Virus record (IMG/VR): IMGVR_UViG_3300027777_000031
Coordinates: 1 to 64,000 of that record
Origin: a virus
Length of the DNA stretch: 64,000 bases
Reading direction: 5' to 3' (one strand)
Shown: piece after piece, positions 11,324-22,015 of the stretch
Layout of the letters: every line of letters starts with the position of its first letter
Numbering within the stretch: the stretch's first letter is position 1
Position numbers and translations under genes: made by a program
The notes under the pieces: model-generated
What the model saw: the letters and a program-made list of their open reading frames with translations, nothing else
Told to the model about the DNA's origin: nothing
Database searches by the model: none

Positions 11324-11763
11324 TACTAATATCTCACAGAGGAAATATAAATGGTAAAAATCCAACAAGAGAAAATTCACCGGATTATATTATGGAAACA
11401 ATATCTATGGGATATGATGTGGAAATAGATATATGGTTAATAGATAACGATTTATTTTTAGGACACGATAATCCACAATATAAAATTGATATTGATTGGT
11501 TAAAAAACAATTCAAATAAATTTTGGATTCATTGTAAAAATATAGAATCATTATTGTTTTTTAAAAAAAATAATTTTGATTTAAATTATTTTTGGCACGA
11601 AAATGATAAAGTAGTCTTAACATCTAAAAAAAATTTATGGGCATATCCTACAGAAAAATTTCATAGTGGAACAATAGCAGTATTACCTGAGTTATTAAAT
11701 TCTATTGTAGATGATTGTGAAGGAATTTGTTCAGATTTTATTATAAATTATAACAAAAAATAA
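11320..11763 (+). CDS. Glycerophosphodiester phosphodiesterase-like protein
   Basis: ISHRGN, EN-x-P, DVEIDIW, LGHD, WIHCKN, GICSD. Confidence 0.7.
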   Translation: MILISHRGNINGKNPTRENSPDYIMETISMGYDVEIDIWLIDNDLFLGHDNPQYKIDIDWLKNNSNKFWIHCKNIESLLFFKKNNFDLNYFWHENDKVVLTSKKNLWAYPTEKFHSGTIAVLPELLNSIVDDCEGICSDFIINYNKK

Positions 11764-11765
11764 TT

Positions 11766-12671
11766 ATGGAAAAAAAAATATTAGTAACCGGAGGTAATGG
11801 TTTAGTTGGGTCATCAATTAATTCTGATATTAAAATTGGAAAACAATATGATTTACGTAACACACAAGAAACAAATAAAATGTTTGACTATTATAAACCA
11901 ACTCACGTTATTCATTGTGCAGGTAAAGTAGGGGGCCTTAGTGCAAATATGAATTATAAAGGTGAATTCTTTTATGATAATATAATGATTAATACGAATG
12001 TCATTGAATCCGCAAGATTACATAATGTTAAAAAATTAGTATCATTTTTATCTACCTGTATATTTCCGGACAATATTGAATACCCTTTAACTGAAAAAAA
12101 AATTCATATAGGAGAACCTCATTTCTCTAATTACCCATACGCTTACGCTAAAAGAATGGCGGACATTCAAATCAGAGCTTATAGAGAACAATATGGGTTA
12201 GAATATGTTTCAGTTATACCAACTAACATTTACGGACCTAACGATAATTTTTCATTAGATAATGGTCACGTAATCCCTATGTTATTACATAAAATGTATA
12301 AAGCTCAAAGAGATAATACGGATTTTATTGTTTGGGGTAGTGGTAAACCTCTTAGAGAATTTATTTATTCTAAAGATGTTGGAAGATTATCTGAATGGGC
12401 TTTAGATAACTACAATGAATCAGAACCAATAATTTTTAGTAATTCAGAAGAAATTAGTATTGAAGACTTAGTTGACTTATTAGTAAAAGAATTTAACTTT
12501 AAAGGAAATGTAATATTTGATAAAACAAAACCTGATGGTCAATTTAGAAAACCATCTGATAATTCAAAGTTAAAATCATACTTACCTAATTTTGAATTCA
12601 CCCCGATAGAACAAGGATTAAAAGAAACGATTAATTGGTTTATAGAAAATTATGAAAACACAAGAAAATAA
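11766..12671 (+). CDS. fcl: GDP-L-fucose synthase
   Basis: TGGNGLVG, AGKVGG, STCIFP, YAYAKR, PTNIYGPNDNF, WGSGKPLREF, KPDGQFRK. Confidence 0.93.
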   Translation: MEKKILVTGGNGLVGSSINSDIKIGKQYDLRNTQETNKMFDYYKPTHVIHCAGKVGGLSANMNYKGEFFYDNIMINTNVIESARLHNVKKLVSFLSTCIFPDNIEYPLTEKKIHIGEPHFSNYPYAYAKRMADIQIRAYREQYGLEYVSVIPTNIYGPNDNFSLDNGHVIPMLLHKMYKAQRDNTDFIVWGSGKPLREFIYSKDVGRLSEWALDNYNESEPIIFSNSEEISIEDLVDLLVKEFNFKGNVIFDKTKPDGQFRKPSDNSKLKSYLPNFEFTPIEQGLKETINWFIENYENTRK

Positions 12672-13641
12672 AATTGCATTAATTACTGGAATAAACGGAC
12701 AAGATGGGTCTTATCTTGCGGAATTTTTATTAGAAAAAGGTTATGAAGTTCACGGAACTTTAAAAAGAAATTCTGTCGCTGAAAATCAAACATCAAGATT
12801 AGATGATGTTTATACTAAAATTAAATTACATTATGCCGATTTAACTGATTTGTCATCATTGATAAATGTTATCCAAAAAGTTAACCCTGATGAGATATAT
12901 AATTTAGCTGCACAATCTCACGTTAGGATTTCATTTGACCAACCTCTTTACACAACAAACGTTACAGGTGTTGGGACTTTAAATCTATTGGAGGCGGTTA
13001 AATTAATAAAGCCAAATACTAAAATTTATCAAGCATCTTCTTCCGAAATGTTTGGTAATTCAATAGATGAAGATGGGTATCAAAGAGAAACTACACCAAT
13101 GAATCCGGTATCCCCATATGGATGTTCTAAAGTATTTAGTTACAACATTTGTCGTAACTATAGAAATTCTTATGGAATGTTTATCTCAAACGGTATTTTA
13201 TTTAATCACGAATCACCAAGAAGAGGTACTAATTTTGTCACCAACAAAGTATGTAAAGAAGCCGTTAAAATTAAACTTGGTTTATCAAATGAACTTAAAC
13301 TAGGTAACTTAGATGCGTCTCGAGATTGGGGTCACGCCAAAGATTATGTTAAGGCAATGTGGCAAATCCTACAATTAGAAACCTCTGACGATTTTGTTTG
13401 TTCTACAGGTATATCACATTCAGTACAAGATTTATGTGAATATGTATTTGGTAAGCTAGATTTAGATTGGAAATTATATGTCACACAAGATGAAAAATTT
13501 TTAAGACCGGAAGAATTACATAATTTAAAAGGTGATTCCTCAAAATTAATTAAAGCCACAGGTTGGTCTCACGACTATACCTTTGAAAGTATGTTAGACG
13601 AAATGATAGAACATTGGTTAAACTACTATAAACAACAATAA
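12652..13641 (+). CDS. gmd: GDP-mannose 4,6-dehydratase
   Basis: ITGINGQDGSYLAEFLL, YNLAAQSHV, QASSSE, NGILFNHESPRRG, LGNLDASRDWGHAKDYV. Confidence 0.96.
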   Translation: MKTQENKIALITGINGQDGSYLAEFLLEKGYEVHGTLKRNSVAENQTSRLDDVYTKIKLHYADLTDLSSLINVIQKVNPDEIYNLAAQSHVRISFDQPLYTTNVTGVGTLNLLEAVKLIKPNTKIYQASSSEMFGNSIDEDGYQRETTPMNPVSPYGCSKVFSYNICRNYRNSYGMFISNGILFNHESPRRGTNFVTNKVCKEAVKIKLGLSNELKLGNLDASRDWGHAKDYVKAMWQILQLETSDDFVCSTGISHSVQDLCEYVFGKLDLDWKLYVTQDEKFLRPEELHNLKGDSSKLIKATGWSHDYTFESMLDEMIEHWLNYYKQQ

Positions 13642-13648
13642 TTAAAAA

Positions 13649-14422
13649 ATGGCTGTAAGCAAAAGAAAACCAACCACAACACCAACTCCGGAAGTAACCG
13701 GTAAACCAATAAATAAAAAAGATTTAATTGGTCAAATAATAAAGAAAAAAACTAAGGAAAAGTTTTTAACTGCAAATCAAAAAAAGTATTACGATACTTT
13801 AATCGATAGTGAAATAACAGTTTGTTCAGGACCCGCAGGTGTTGGTAAAAGTTACATAACAATGAAAGCGGCAATTGACTTACTTTCAGATTCTACAACA
13901 CCTTACGAAAAAATAATAATTGTTAGACCAGCGGTTGAAGCTGAAGAAAAATTAGGTTCATTACCAGGTAATGTTGAAGAGAAGTTAGACCCATATATTT
14001 TCCCATCATATTATTTATTAAATAAAATAATTGGTAAAGAAGCTAGGGAAAAATTAAAAGAGATTGAAGTTATTGAAGTATTTGCATTAGCATTTATGAG
14101 AGGTATGAATATTGATAATTCAATATTAATTTTTGAAGAGGGTCAAAACGCAACCCCAAGTCAAATGAAATTACTTTTAACACGTATTGGGTTTAATAGT
14201 AAATTTTTCATCTCAGGTGACGTTGAGCAATCAGATAAATATAAAAACAAAACCCATAGTGGATTATGGGACGCAATTGAAAAATTTAGAGATAGTAACT
14301 ACATCTCAATATTTGAATTTAAAGACAAAAAGGATATTGTTAGAAACCCATTAATCAGTAAGATATTAAGTAAATACGATAACGTAGAAGATGACAAAGA
14401 TGAGGATAGCAATAGAAATTAA
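13649..14422 (+). CDS. phoH: PhoH family ATPase
   Basis: GPAGVGKS, RPAVEAEEKLGSLPG, AFMRG, EGQN, LTRIG, GDVEQSD, DIVRNPLI. Confidence 0.93.
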   Translation: MAVSKRKPTTTPTPEVTGKPINKKDLIGQIIKKKTKEKFLTANQKKYYDTLIDSEITVCSGPAGVGKSYITMKAAIDLLSDSTTPYEKIIIVRPAVEAEEKLGSLPGNVEEKLDPYIFPSYYLLNKIIGKEAREKLKEIEVIEVFALAFMRGMNIDNSILIFEEGQNATPSQMKLLLTRIGFNSKFFISGDVEQSDKYKNKTHSGLWDAIEKFRDSNYISIFEFKDKKDIVRNPLISKILSKYDNVEDDKDEDSNRN

Positions 14423-14996
14423 TGGGGTATTAAGAAATACCTTAGATAAGATAGAACAAACCTATCAAAAATATATGATAGATAAAACAGACGGGTTAGA
14501 AGATGAAGAATCTTTTAAATATGAAATTACCCCACCCATCAATAGTTTAAATCTTAGGAATCATTTTAAATTTCAAAACGATGAAGAATTATATTCATTT
14601 TTATATGAAGAATTTCCGATGGAAATTTTTGGACATTCACAATCAACCGAATATTCAACCTTCAACGATTTAAATGAAATATATTTAAATTTAAGAGATA
14701 ATCACGATATATTAATAGTGTCTGACGAAATTGGAAAATCAAAACCGGCGTCTTTATTTTTCCTATCAAAGTTTGGATGTTTGATAGAAAAAGTAAAATT
14801 TTATAGTAATTCCACAATAAATTCGATGTGGGATGAAATTGATGTTTTACTTACGTCAAACCCTGCACTATTATTAGAACATCCGGATGATAAAATAATT
14901 ATAAAATATCAAACGGAATATAATAAACATATCGAATCAAATAATTCAATAACAACGATTAAAGAATTAGAATTTGAATTAACAAAATTTACATAA
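14391..14996 (+). CDS. HAD-fold 5'(3')-nucleotidase-like protein with degenerate catalytic motif
   Basis: RIAIEINGVL in place of the canonical IDxDGVL; C-terminal YN motif. Confidence 0.5.
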   Translation: MTKMRIAIEINGVLRNTLDKIEQTYQKYMIDKTDGLEDEESFKYEITPPINSLNLRNHFKFQNDEELYSFLYEEFPMEIFGHSQSTEYSTFNDLNEIYLNLRDNHDILIVSDEIGKSKPASLFFLSKFGCLIEKVKFYSNSTINSMWDEIDVLLTSNPALLLEHPDDKIIIKYQTEYNKHIESNNSITTIKELEFELTKFT

Positions 14997-15274
14997 TGTT
15001 AAAAGTATTAGGAGAAAATTATTATTTGGATTTAGACAAAATAGACGATTATGTCCAAATTAAAGGTGAAAAAGTAGTTTCATCAGGTGTTACAGAATCA
15101 GCACATATCAGTATCATAAAATATGAAACAGTTAAATTAATGATGGAAATCATTATGGATGAACCGGAAGAAATTGATGAAACACTTGGGGCTAAAGGAA
15201 CAAATAACTTATCAATACCATTTAAAATTGCGTTTAATACGCTACTATATAAAAAATTACTAAACAAATTATAA
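14996..15274 (+). CDS. Hypothetical protein
   Basis: 92-aa ORF translationally coupled to its neighbours. Confidence 0.6.
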   Translation: MLKVLGENYYLDLDKIDDYVQIKGEKVVSSGVTESAHISIIKYETVKLMMEIIMDEPEEIDETLGAKGTNNLSIPFKIAFNTLLYKKLLNKL

Positions 15275-15275
15275 T

Positions 15276-16337
15276 ATGAATCAAGAACAAATTTCAAAAT
15301 TAGAGTTGTCAATTGAGAATATGAAAAATAAGAAATCAAGAATTTATCTTATTGCTCAAGACACAAAAGGTAATGCCAAAGCATCAATTGCTTATATCTA
15401 TAGATTAGGATTGGCATTGTTAAACGCCGGTTATAACCCAATCATTTTACACGAAACCCCTGATTATGCAGGAGTATCTGAATGGTTAGGTGAAGAGTAT
15501 ATGACTCTTCCACATAAATCGATTGAAGGTCAAAACTTGGAAGTTTCTCCTGAAGATTTAATAATTATCCCTGAGTTATATGGGTTTATTATGTCGCAAA
15601 TAACAAATTTACCTTGTGGTAAAATTGTATTATGTCAATCATATGATTATATGTTAGAAACATTACAACCAGGTCAAACTTGGAGTGAATTAGGATTTTT
15701 TAAATGTATTACAACTTCAAACAAACAAAAAGAACAAATTGAAACGGTTATGAGAAATGTATCATTTGATATCTTAACACCTTATATTTCAGATAAATTT
15801 ATACCTCAAGTATTACCAGCAAACCCAATCATTACAGTACATTCAAGAGACCAACGAGATACCGCAAATTTAATTAAAACATTTTATATTAAATTTCCAC
15901 AATATAGATGGATAACTTTTAGAGATATGAGAAATTTAACTGAAAAAGAATTTGCAACAGGATTGCAAAATTCTTGTTTATCAGTATGGATTGATGATGT
16001 TAGTGGTTACGGAACATACCCTTTAGAATCTATGAAATGTGGTGTTCCTGTGATGGGATTAGTTCCTAATTTATTACCTGAATGGATGACTGAAGATAAT
16101 GGATTATGGATTAATAATAAAATACAACTAGTTGATTATATTGCCGATTATTTACAAAATTGGTTAGAGGACAATGTAAATGAAAATTTATTTGTTGAAA
16201 TGAAAAAAACAGTTGATTCATTACCAACTAAAGAAACTTTTGAAAAAGAATCTGTAAAATTGTTTGAAGGTTATTTAACCACTAGACAAAATTCATTTAC
16301 AGAACAATTATCTAAACTACAAACAATTGAAGAATAA
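15276..16337 (+). CDS. GT4-like glycosyltransferase
   Basis: DLIIIPE and SGYGTYPLESMKCGVPV GT-B motif. Confidence 0.7.
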   Translation: MNQEQISKLELSIENMKNKKSRIYLIAQDTKGNAKASIAYIYRLGLALLNAGYNPIILHETPDYAGVSEWLGEEYMTLPHKSIEGQNLEVSPEDLIIIPELYGFIMSQITNLPCGKIVLCQSYDYMLETLQPGQTWSELGFFKCITTSNKQKEQIETVMRNVSFDILTPYISDKFIPQVLPANPIITVHSRDQRDTANLIKTFYIKFPQYRWITFRDMRNLTEKEFATGLQNSCLSVWIDDVSGYGTYPLESMKCGVPVMGLVPNLLPEWMTEDNGLWINNKIQLVDYIADYLQNWLEDNVNENLFVEMKKTVDSLPTKETFEKESVKLFEGYLTTRQNSFTEQLSKLQTIEE

Positions 16338-17151
16338 TATGGAAGAAATTAAAAAATTTGATGTATCGGTAATTTTACCAATTAAATCATCTAAAGTTAG
16401 AGATTTTGATGAATACTTTAAAAAATGTATTGAATCATTAAAAATACAAAAAACAGAGATAAACGAACTTGTAATTGTTCATACAAATGAAACTTCATTG
16501 GTTGAATACTTAAATGGTTTTGACTTTGGTGACTTACCTGTGGTTAAAATTGAATGGTCTAAAGAACCAAATTACGCAGCACAAATTAATTATGGCGTTA
16601 GAAGTGCCAAATCAACGTGGGTTTCTTTATTTGAATTTGATGATGAATATTCGTCAATTTGGTTTAAAAATGTTTTAAAATATTCTGAAATATATTCAGA
16701 TGTTCAAGCGTTCTTACCAATTGTGATTGATGTTGACAATAATGAAAAATTTGCAGGGTTTACGAATGAGGCAACATTCGCGGCAAACTTCACACCTGAA
16801 ATGGGTGTATTAACTAACGAAACTTTATTAGATTATCAAAATTTCCAATTATCCGGAATTGTAATTAAAAAAGAATCATTCATTGATTACGGATTATTAA
16901 AACCATCATTTAAATTAACATTTGGGTATGAGTTCTTTTTAAGAATGACCTATAATTCAATTAAAATTATGTCAATACCAAGAATCGGTTACAAACATAT
17001 GAATTTAAGAGAAGGTTCTATTTTTTGGAATTACAAAAACGGTGATGATGTTATTACACCAAATGAGGTTAAATTTTGGATTGAATCTGCAAAAAAAGAA
17101 TATCTTTTTATTAATGACAGAGCCATAAAATACGAACCACAAGAAGTTTAA
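16327..17151 (+). CDS. GT2 family glycosyltransferase
   Basis: VSVILPI, QINYGV, EFDDEY, EFFLRM...IPRIGYKH. Confidence 0.75.
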   Translation: MKNNMEEIKKFDVSVILPIKSSKVRDFDEYFKKCIESLKIQKTEINELVIVHTNETSLVEYLNGFDFGDLPVVKIEWSKEPNYAAQINYGVRSAKSTWVSLFEFDDEYSSIWFKNVLKYSEIYSDVQAFLPIVIDVDNNEKFAGFTNEATFAANFTPEMGVLTNETLLDYQNFQLSGIVIKKESFIDYGLLKPSFKLTFGYEFFLRMTYNSIKIMSIPRIGYKHMNLREGSIFWNYKNGDDVITPNEVKFWIESAKKEYLFINDRAIKYEPQEV

Positions 17152-17900
17152 TGTCCGAACCAATTAATTTAACAGGAGATACCAGTGTTGAGTTAAAGAA
17201 GAAAGGTAGAAAACCCACCCAATTAAATTATTTTGATGTTCGTGAAGAAATGGCTGTTATCCGGTTTTTAGAAACGGATTCCCCTCACGAAAGAAATAAA
17301 ATTTATAATGAGTTTTTATTAAAACCTTTAGATAAGATGATATCTTCAATTATTAGAAGATACAAATTATATAGAAAAGATATGGACTTTAATGAAATCC
17401 ATACAGATACTCACTCATTCTTAATAACAAAAATAGATAAGTTCAAGCCTTCTAAAGAAAAGAAGGCTTACTCTTATTTTGGAACCATATGTAAAAATTA
17501 TCTTATGGGACAAATTATTAAGGACCAAAAAGAAACTAATAGAAAAATTTCATACGAAGACATTTCAACTAGTTTAGAAAACGATGAAGAATTTGCCTAT
17601 TACATTGAAAATGACGGTGTAGATTCCGAAAGAGTTATTCATCATTTTTTAATAAAATTAGATTTATTTATTAAAAATGAAAATCTAAGCGAAAATGAAA
17701 TTAAACTTGGTCAGGCGTTATATGACTTATTTGACAACTATGAAAATATTTTTGTCGGGAACGACAATAATAAGTTCAACAAAAATATAATATTACTCTC
17801 GTTAAGAGAAATGACTAACCTTTCTACCAAAGAAATTAGAGGGTCTATGAAGAAATACAAAAATATGTATTTTGAATTGATTCAAACAATTATTAAATAA
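17151..17900 (+). CDS. Phage sigma-factor-like protein (T4 gp55-like late sigma candidate)
   Basis: NYF, region-2-like KIDKFKPSKEKKAYSYFGTICKNYL. Confidence 0.6.
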   Translation: MSEPINLTGDTSVELKKKGRKPTQLNYFDVREEMAVIRFLETDSPHERNKIYNEFLLKPLDKMISSIIRRYKLYRKDMDFNEIHTDTHSFLITKIDKFKPSKEKKAYSYFGTICKNYLMGQIIKDQKETNRKISYEDISTSLENDEEFAYYIENDGVDSERVIHHFLIKLDLFIKNENLSENEIKLGQALYDLFDNYENIFVGNDNNKFNKNIILLSLREMTNLSTKEIRGSMKKYKNMYFELIQTIIK

Positions 17901-17925
17901 AATCTAATGATAAATATTTATTGTT

Positions 17926-18306
17926 ATGGGAAGACCGACAAAAAAAGAAATTAATCTAAGTAAAGAATCAATGTTATCATTGATGCAGGAAATCTATAAT
18001 GAACTTGTAGAACAAAGAAATACTGCAATCAGAATTCAAAATAAAATGTTAACAATGATGAAGGACCCCGAAGATATGACAATCATAGGTCCGGTTATTG
18101 AAAAACAACAAAAAATTATAAATGATTGTGTTGAAAAAAAATTAACATTATCCAAACTACAAGCCGGTATGTGGGAAAAATCTAATAACTCAACTAATTC
18201 AGGTGGGGGATTCTCAATTACCGATTTAGGAGATGATGAATTATTAAGAACGTTAATGGAGAAAGATATTTCAAAAGATAACGATTCTTATAAAATGAAA
18301 AAATAA
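17926..18306 (+). CDS. Hypothetical coiled-coil protein
   Basis: 126-aa ORF with upstream TATTTAT motif; could be a small terminase but this is unsupported. Confidence 0.55.
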   Translation: MGRPTKKEINLSKESMLSLMQEIYNELVEQRNTAIRIQNKMLTMMKDPEDMTIIGPVIEKQQKIINDCVEKKLTLSKLQAGMWEKSNNSTNSGGGFSITDLGDDELLRTLMEKDISKDNDSYKMKK

Positions 18307-18312
18307 TATACT

Positions 18313-20211
18313 ATGCCATCATTAGACATAAATTTTGATTATAACAAAATTCAAAAAAAACTTAACGCGACTAAATCTTTTACAGATATTAAGTCGCAAT
18401 ATGATGAGGCAAATAAAAAGGCGGGAGAATCTTTTGAGAAGACAAAATCCCAAGTTTCCGAATCGTTAACAAGTGTTAAAAATCAAACTAAAAGATATCA
18501 AAAACAAGTTAAGAATCAGTTTGAACAACTTTTAGATTTAACCAATATGTCCGGAGGAAACGGTAGTGGTTCTCCAAAATATATTAAAAGACTTTTAATT
18601 AGAACAATTAAAAACGTTCAACCAAGATTACGAACAATAGTTATCAAAGATTGTTTAACCGCATTAGGTTGTGACCAGCAACAAACGTATACATCCTCCG
18701 GTCCTGTTTATGTGAGAGTTAGTTCTGTTGATTTATTTAATAGACTATTAATTGACCCTCAAGACGAAGTAGGCGCAATTATTTATGAGAAAAATTTACC
18801 TCAACCAGGTCAGATTCCATTCTCAATGAATAGACAATTACACGCATTAACAACACAAACTACAACTTATAATTACATCGGTAAATCAGGACAACCTTTA
18901 TTTGATATTTCATATACAAATTCAGGTCCAAATGGTTTGAATGGTGATTGGTTTAAAGTTGATTTGAGTGGAGCTAGAGCAAACCCTCTTAAAGTTGGTG
19001 AATTTATGGTGGATTATTATGATACCATAAGAATGTCTGAAGATACTGATATAATAGGTTCAATTATGGAATCTTTGTCCGGTGCAATATCTATGAAAAT
19101 TAATGCCGGAACATCACAAGTTCAAAACGCCAGTCAAGCCGAAGTAATATTAGCAAGAATATTAGGTCTTTGTTTTGATAGTGGTGGTAATGAAATAGAC
19201 ACTAGTGGTATTTCAAAACTTGCTGAATTAGATGGTATTGATGATTCATTTTTTGAGTTTACAGATATTGATTTAAGAAATATTGACATTAGAACCGCAA
19301 ACATTAAAAAAGGAGTTATTCAATTTGAAGATTGTGATAATATAGAACTACCTGTTAATTTTAACGAAATTGTTGGTGCATTAGGTCAATTGAATCATTA
19401 TGAAGGTTCTGAGTTTGAAAATGCAGCAAATAACGTAACTAATGTATTGGCTAATAATCCAGCTTGGGCTGGTATTGGTATAAACATTGACCCTCAAGTT
19501 GTTGTTGATACTAATTTTATAAAATTAATAACTAACGGAATGATTGGGGCATTAATCACTCCAAAAATGATATTACCAATAATTGTTATGTATAAAGCTT
19601 TAGGTAATATATTGGCGGATAATATAAAATCATTCACTGACTTCGCAAAAATATTTAAAAAATTCTTTATTAATTTAGTATCCAAAGTAGGTGCAATCTT
19701 TGTTGAGGAATTATATAAATTAATTAAAGAAGATATTTTAAAATTAGTTCAACAAGTTATCCAAGATATTGCTAAAGAAAAAATTGTTAAAAAATACGCA
19801 ATGATATTAAAATTATTGGCGTTATTATTGGCGATTATTGGATTAATAACTGATTATCGTAAATGTAAAAATTTAATTGACGATATTCTTGCATTATTAA
19901 ATTTATTAAATGTTCCGGGATTTGGTAGTGACATTCCATTACCAATATTATACGCAGCTCAATTATTGGATGGTTATTCAGAATCAAGAGCGTTTATTGG
20001 TGCTATTGAAGAAATGCAAAGTTTGGGTATCCCAACCGGAGCGATGCCAAGTGGTGCACCAAATTTTGATATATTAGGTAAATTTGGACAAATGAAAGCT
20101 ATGGCATTAGAAGAAGCCGAAAATAATAAACTTCAAGTCGCTGTTGGACCTTTAACGGTTACTCCCGCGTTTTTAACTGTTCCAACAAGTTCATACGGTA
20201 AAAAATTCTAA
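18313..20211 (+). CDS. Hypothetical protein, possibly virion or baseplate
   Basis: 632-aa ORF with a hydrophobic helical C-terminal region, upstream of a gp5-like gene. Confidence 0.55.
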   Translation: MPSLDINFDYNKIQKKLNATKSFTDIKSQYDEANKKAGESFEKTKSQVSESLTSVKNQTKRYQKQVKNQFEQLLDLTNMSGGNGSGSPKYIKRLLIRTIKNVQPRLRTIVIKDCLTALGCDQQQTYTSSGPVYVRVSSVDLFNRLLIDPQDEVGAIIYEKNLPQPGQIPFSMNRQLHALTTQTTTYNYIGKSGQPLFDISYTNSGPNGLNGDWFKVDLSGARANPLKVGEFMVDYYDTIRMSEDTDIIGSIMESLSGAISMKINAGTSQVQNASQAEVILARILGLCFDSGGNEIDTSGISKLAELDGIDDSFFEFTDIDLRNIDIRTANIKKGVIQFEDCDNIELPVNFNEIVGALGQLNHYEGSEFENAANNVTNVLANNPAWAGIGINIDPQVVVDTNFIKLITNGMIGALITPKMILPIIVMYKALGNILADNIKSFTDFAKIFKKFFINLVSKVGAIFVEELYKLIKEDILKLVQQVIQDIAKEKIVKKYAMILKLLALLLAIIGLITDYRKCKNLIDDILALLNLLNVPGFGSDIPLPILYAAQLLDGYSESRAFIGAIEEMQSLGIPTGAMPSGAPNFDILGKFGQMKAMALEEAENNKLQVAVGPLTVTPAFLTVPTSSYGKKF

Positions 20212-20213
20212 TT

Positions 20214-20435
20214 ATGAATAAAAAAGAAAAATCTGAAAAAGTATTACAAATTATTAAAGAATATAAAACATCTTCAAATAAAGATTTAATGCTTGCTATG
20301 GATTGTATTCAAGAAGATTTTGAATACACTAAAAACTTAGTATTAAAATCAACAGAACAATTAGATAAGTTAGAATTAACTTACAATACGATATTAAAAG
20401 AATATAACAAAAGAGTGAAACCAAATGGAAATTAA
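20214..20435 (+). CDS. Hypothetical protein
   Basis: 73-aa ORF packed into the operon. Confidence 0.55.
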   Translation: MNKKEKSEKVLQIIKEYKTSSNKDLMLAMDCIQEDFEYTKNLVLKSTEQLDKLELTYNTILKEYNKRVKPNGN

Positions 20436-21993
20436 TAATCAAAATATTCATCAAATAATATTTCCTGGTTATGTTTACGATAACCAAGACCCTATGATGT
20501 TAGGAAGACTTCGTGTTATTCCGGAAACAAAAAATTATAATGATATCATAGCGTCAGTAGCCAATTGGAATGAAGAAACAGATAAATGGACATCCAAAGA
20601 CCCGTTAATTTTTTTACCTTTATTACCGTTTTATATTAGCCAAACACCTAAAAAAGACGAATATGTTCATATTATTTATATGAACAAAAAATTCCCATTT
20701 CAAAACCAATTCTATATACAGGGTCCGTTTTCATCCCCAATGACAACACCTTTTGAAAATTTTCAAGGAGCTAAAAAATTCTTAGCCACAGGGGATAGAA
20801 TTAAACAAGGATTGAGTCTTAAAAATCAAGATGGAGAATATCGTGATGATAATAGTAAAGGTGTCTTCCCTGAACCGGGTGATAACGCTTTATTAGGTCG
20901 AGGAACTGCAGATGTTATTGTTAAAGAAAATGAAGTTTTAATTCGTGCAGGTAAAACAAAAGAATTGTCTAAAGATAAATTTCCAATAGGTAATCAAAAT
21001 AGAGCGTTTTTACAATTAACAAGGTTTACACAAACTAAACAAACGTTACCAACCGAAACAAATTATCGATTAGTTCAAGATATTCAATTAGTTAAGAAAA
21101 TGATTGTTTGGGATATATCAACTTTAAACTCAAGTGCCGACGCATTTACAGGTTCAGTTAAATTATATAATCTTAAACCAAGTGCTAAAATTAATACAGA
21201 AAATTTTAAATACGACACAATATTAAATTTAACTAGTGGTGAAGATTATGGTGTTGAATTAGAATCGGTATCATTTATGGGTAAAACTTTTACTGATTCC
21301 GTTAAAACTATCAACGATTTTATTTCTAAAGTATTTGACCCAAATGTAACATTTACAGGGATTACAATAAATAACCCACAAAATTTTGGTGGTCAATTCC
21401 CTTTTGTTGTAACACCGTCAAAACAAACATATGAAATTGGTAAAAAATTCGCACCAACATCCGCATTAGGTGAGATTCTTGAATATATTAATTACAAAAG
21501 ATTTTTTAATAATATTAAATTAAATAACTCAAAAGAAGATGGTTGGTTTTTGGTTTCTGATAATAAAGGGGGTAAACCATTATTTGGTCCTTTATCAAAT
21601 GTAAAAGAGGAATCTATTACTCCAACAACATTTAAAAGTGAGGATATCAGTTATGGTGTGTTAGGTGCTCAAAAAGTATTTTTATTATCTCAAAATTCTA
21701 CAAGTCCTAAAGGACAAATTAATATTGCGAATACATTATATGGTATACCACAAGATAAATTTGTTGGAGCGGGAGATACATTATTTGAAAAAACTTATTC
21801 AACCGTTAGAGGTGAAGAACTAATAAAACTAATTGAGAAAATAGTTGACTTCTTAAACAATCACGTTCACCCTCACGCCAATATGGTTCCGGATGAAGCA
21901 ACTCAAGGTTCTAAAACAACTAAGACCAGTATCAACCAATTATTATCCGATGTAAATAATACTGTCCTAAATCAAAATATTCGAATAAACTAA
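20425..21993 (+). CDS. Baseplate hub/spike protein (gp5/VgrG-like)
   Basis: N-terminal G[16 protein letters not shown] OB-fold motif, LLGRG-x-AD, C-terminal VRGEEL...HVHPH tip motif. Confidence 0.65.
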   Translation: MEINNQNIHQIIFPGYVYDNQDPMMLGRLRVIPETKNYNDIIASVANWNEETDKWTSKDPLIFLPLLPFYISQTPKKDEYVHIIYMNKKFPFQNQFYIQGPFSSPMTTPFENFQGAKKFLATGDRIKQGLSLKNQDGEYRDDNSKGVFPEPGDNALLGRGTADVIVKENEVLIRAGKTKELSKDKFPIGNQNRAFLQLTRFTQTKQTLPTETNYRLVQDIQLVKKMIVWDISTLNSSADAFTGSVKLYNLKPSAKINTENFKYDTILNLTSGEDYGVELESVSFMGKTFTDSVKTINDFISKVFDPNVTFTGITINNPQNFGGQFPFVVTPSKQTYEIGKKFAPTSALGEILEYINYKRFFNNIKLNNSKEDGWFLVSDNKGGKPLFGPLSNVKEESITPTTFKSEDISYGVLGAQKVFLLSQNSTSPKGQINIANTLYGIPQDKFVGAGDTLFEKTYSTVRGEELIKLIEKIVDFLNNHVHPHANMVPDEATQGSKTTKTSINQLLSDVNNTVLNQNIRIN

Positions 21994-22015
21994 ATATTTA
22001 TTGTTAAAAGATTTT

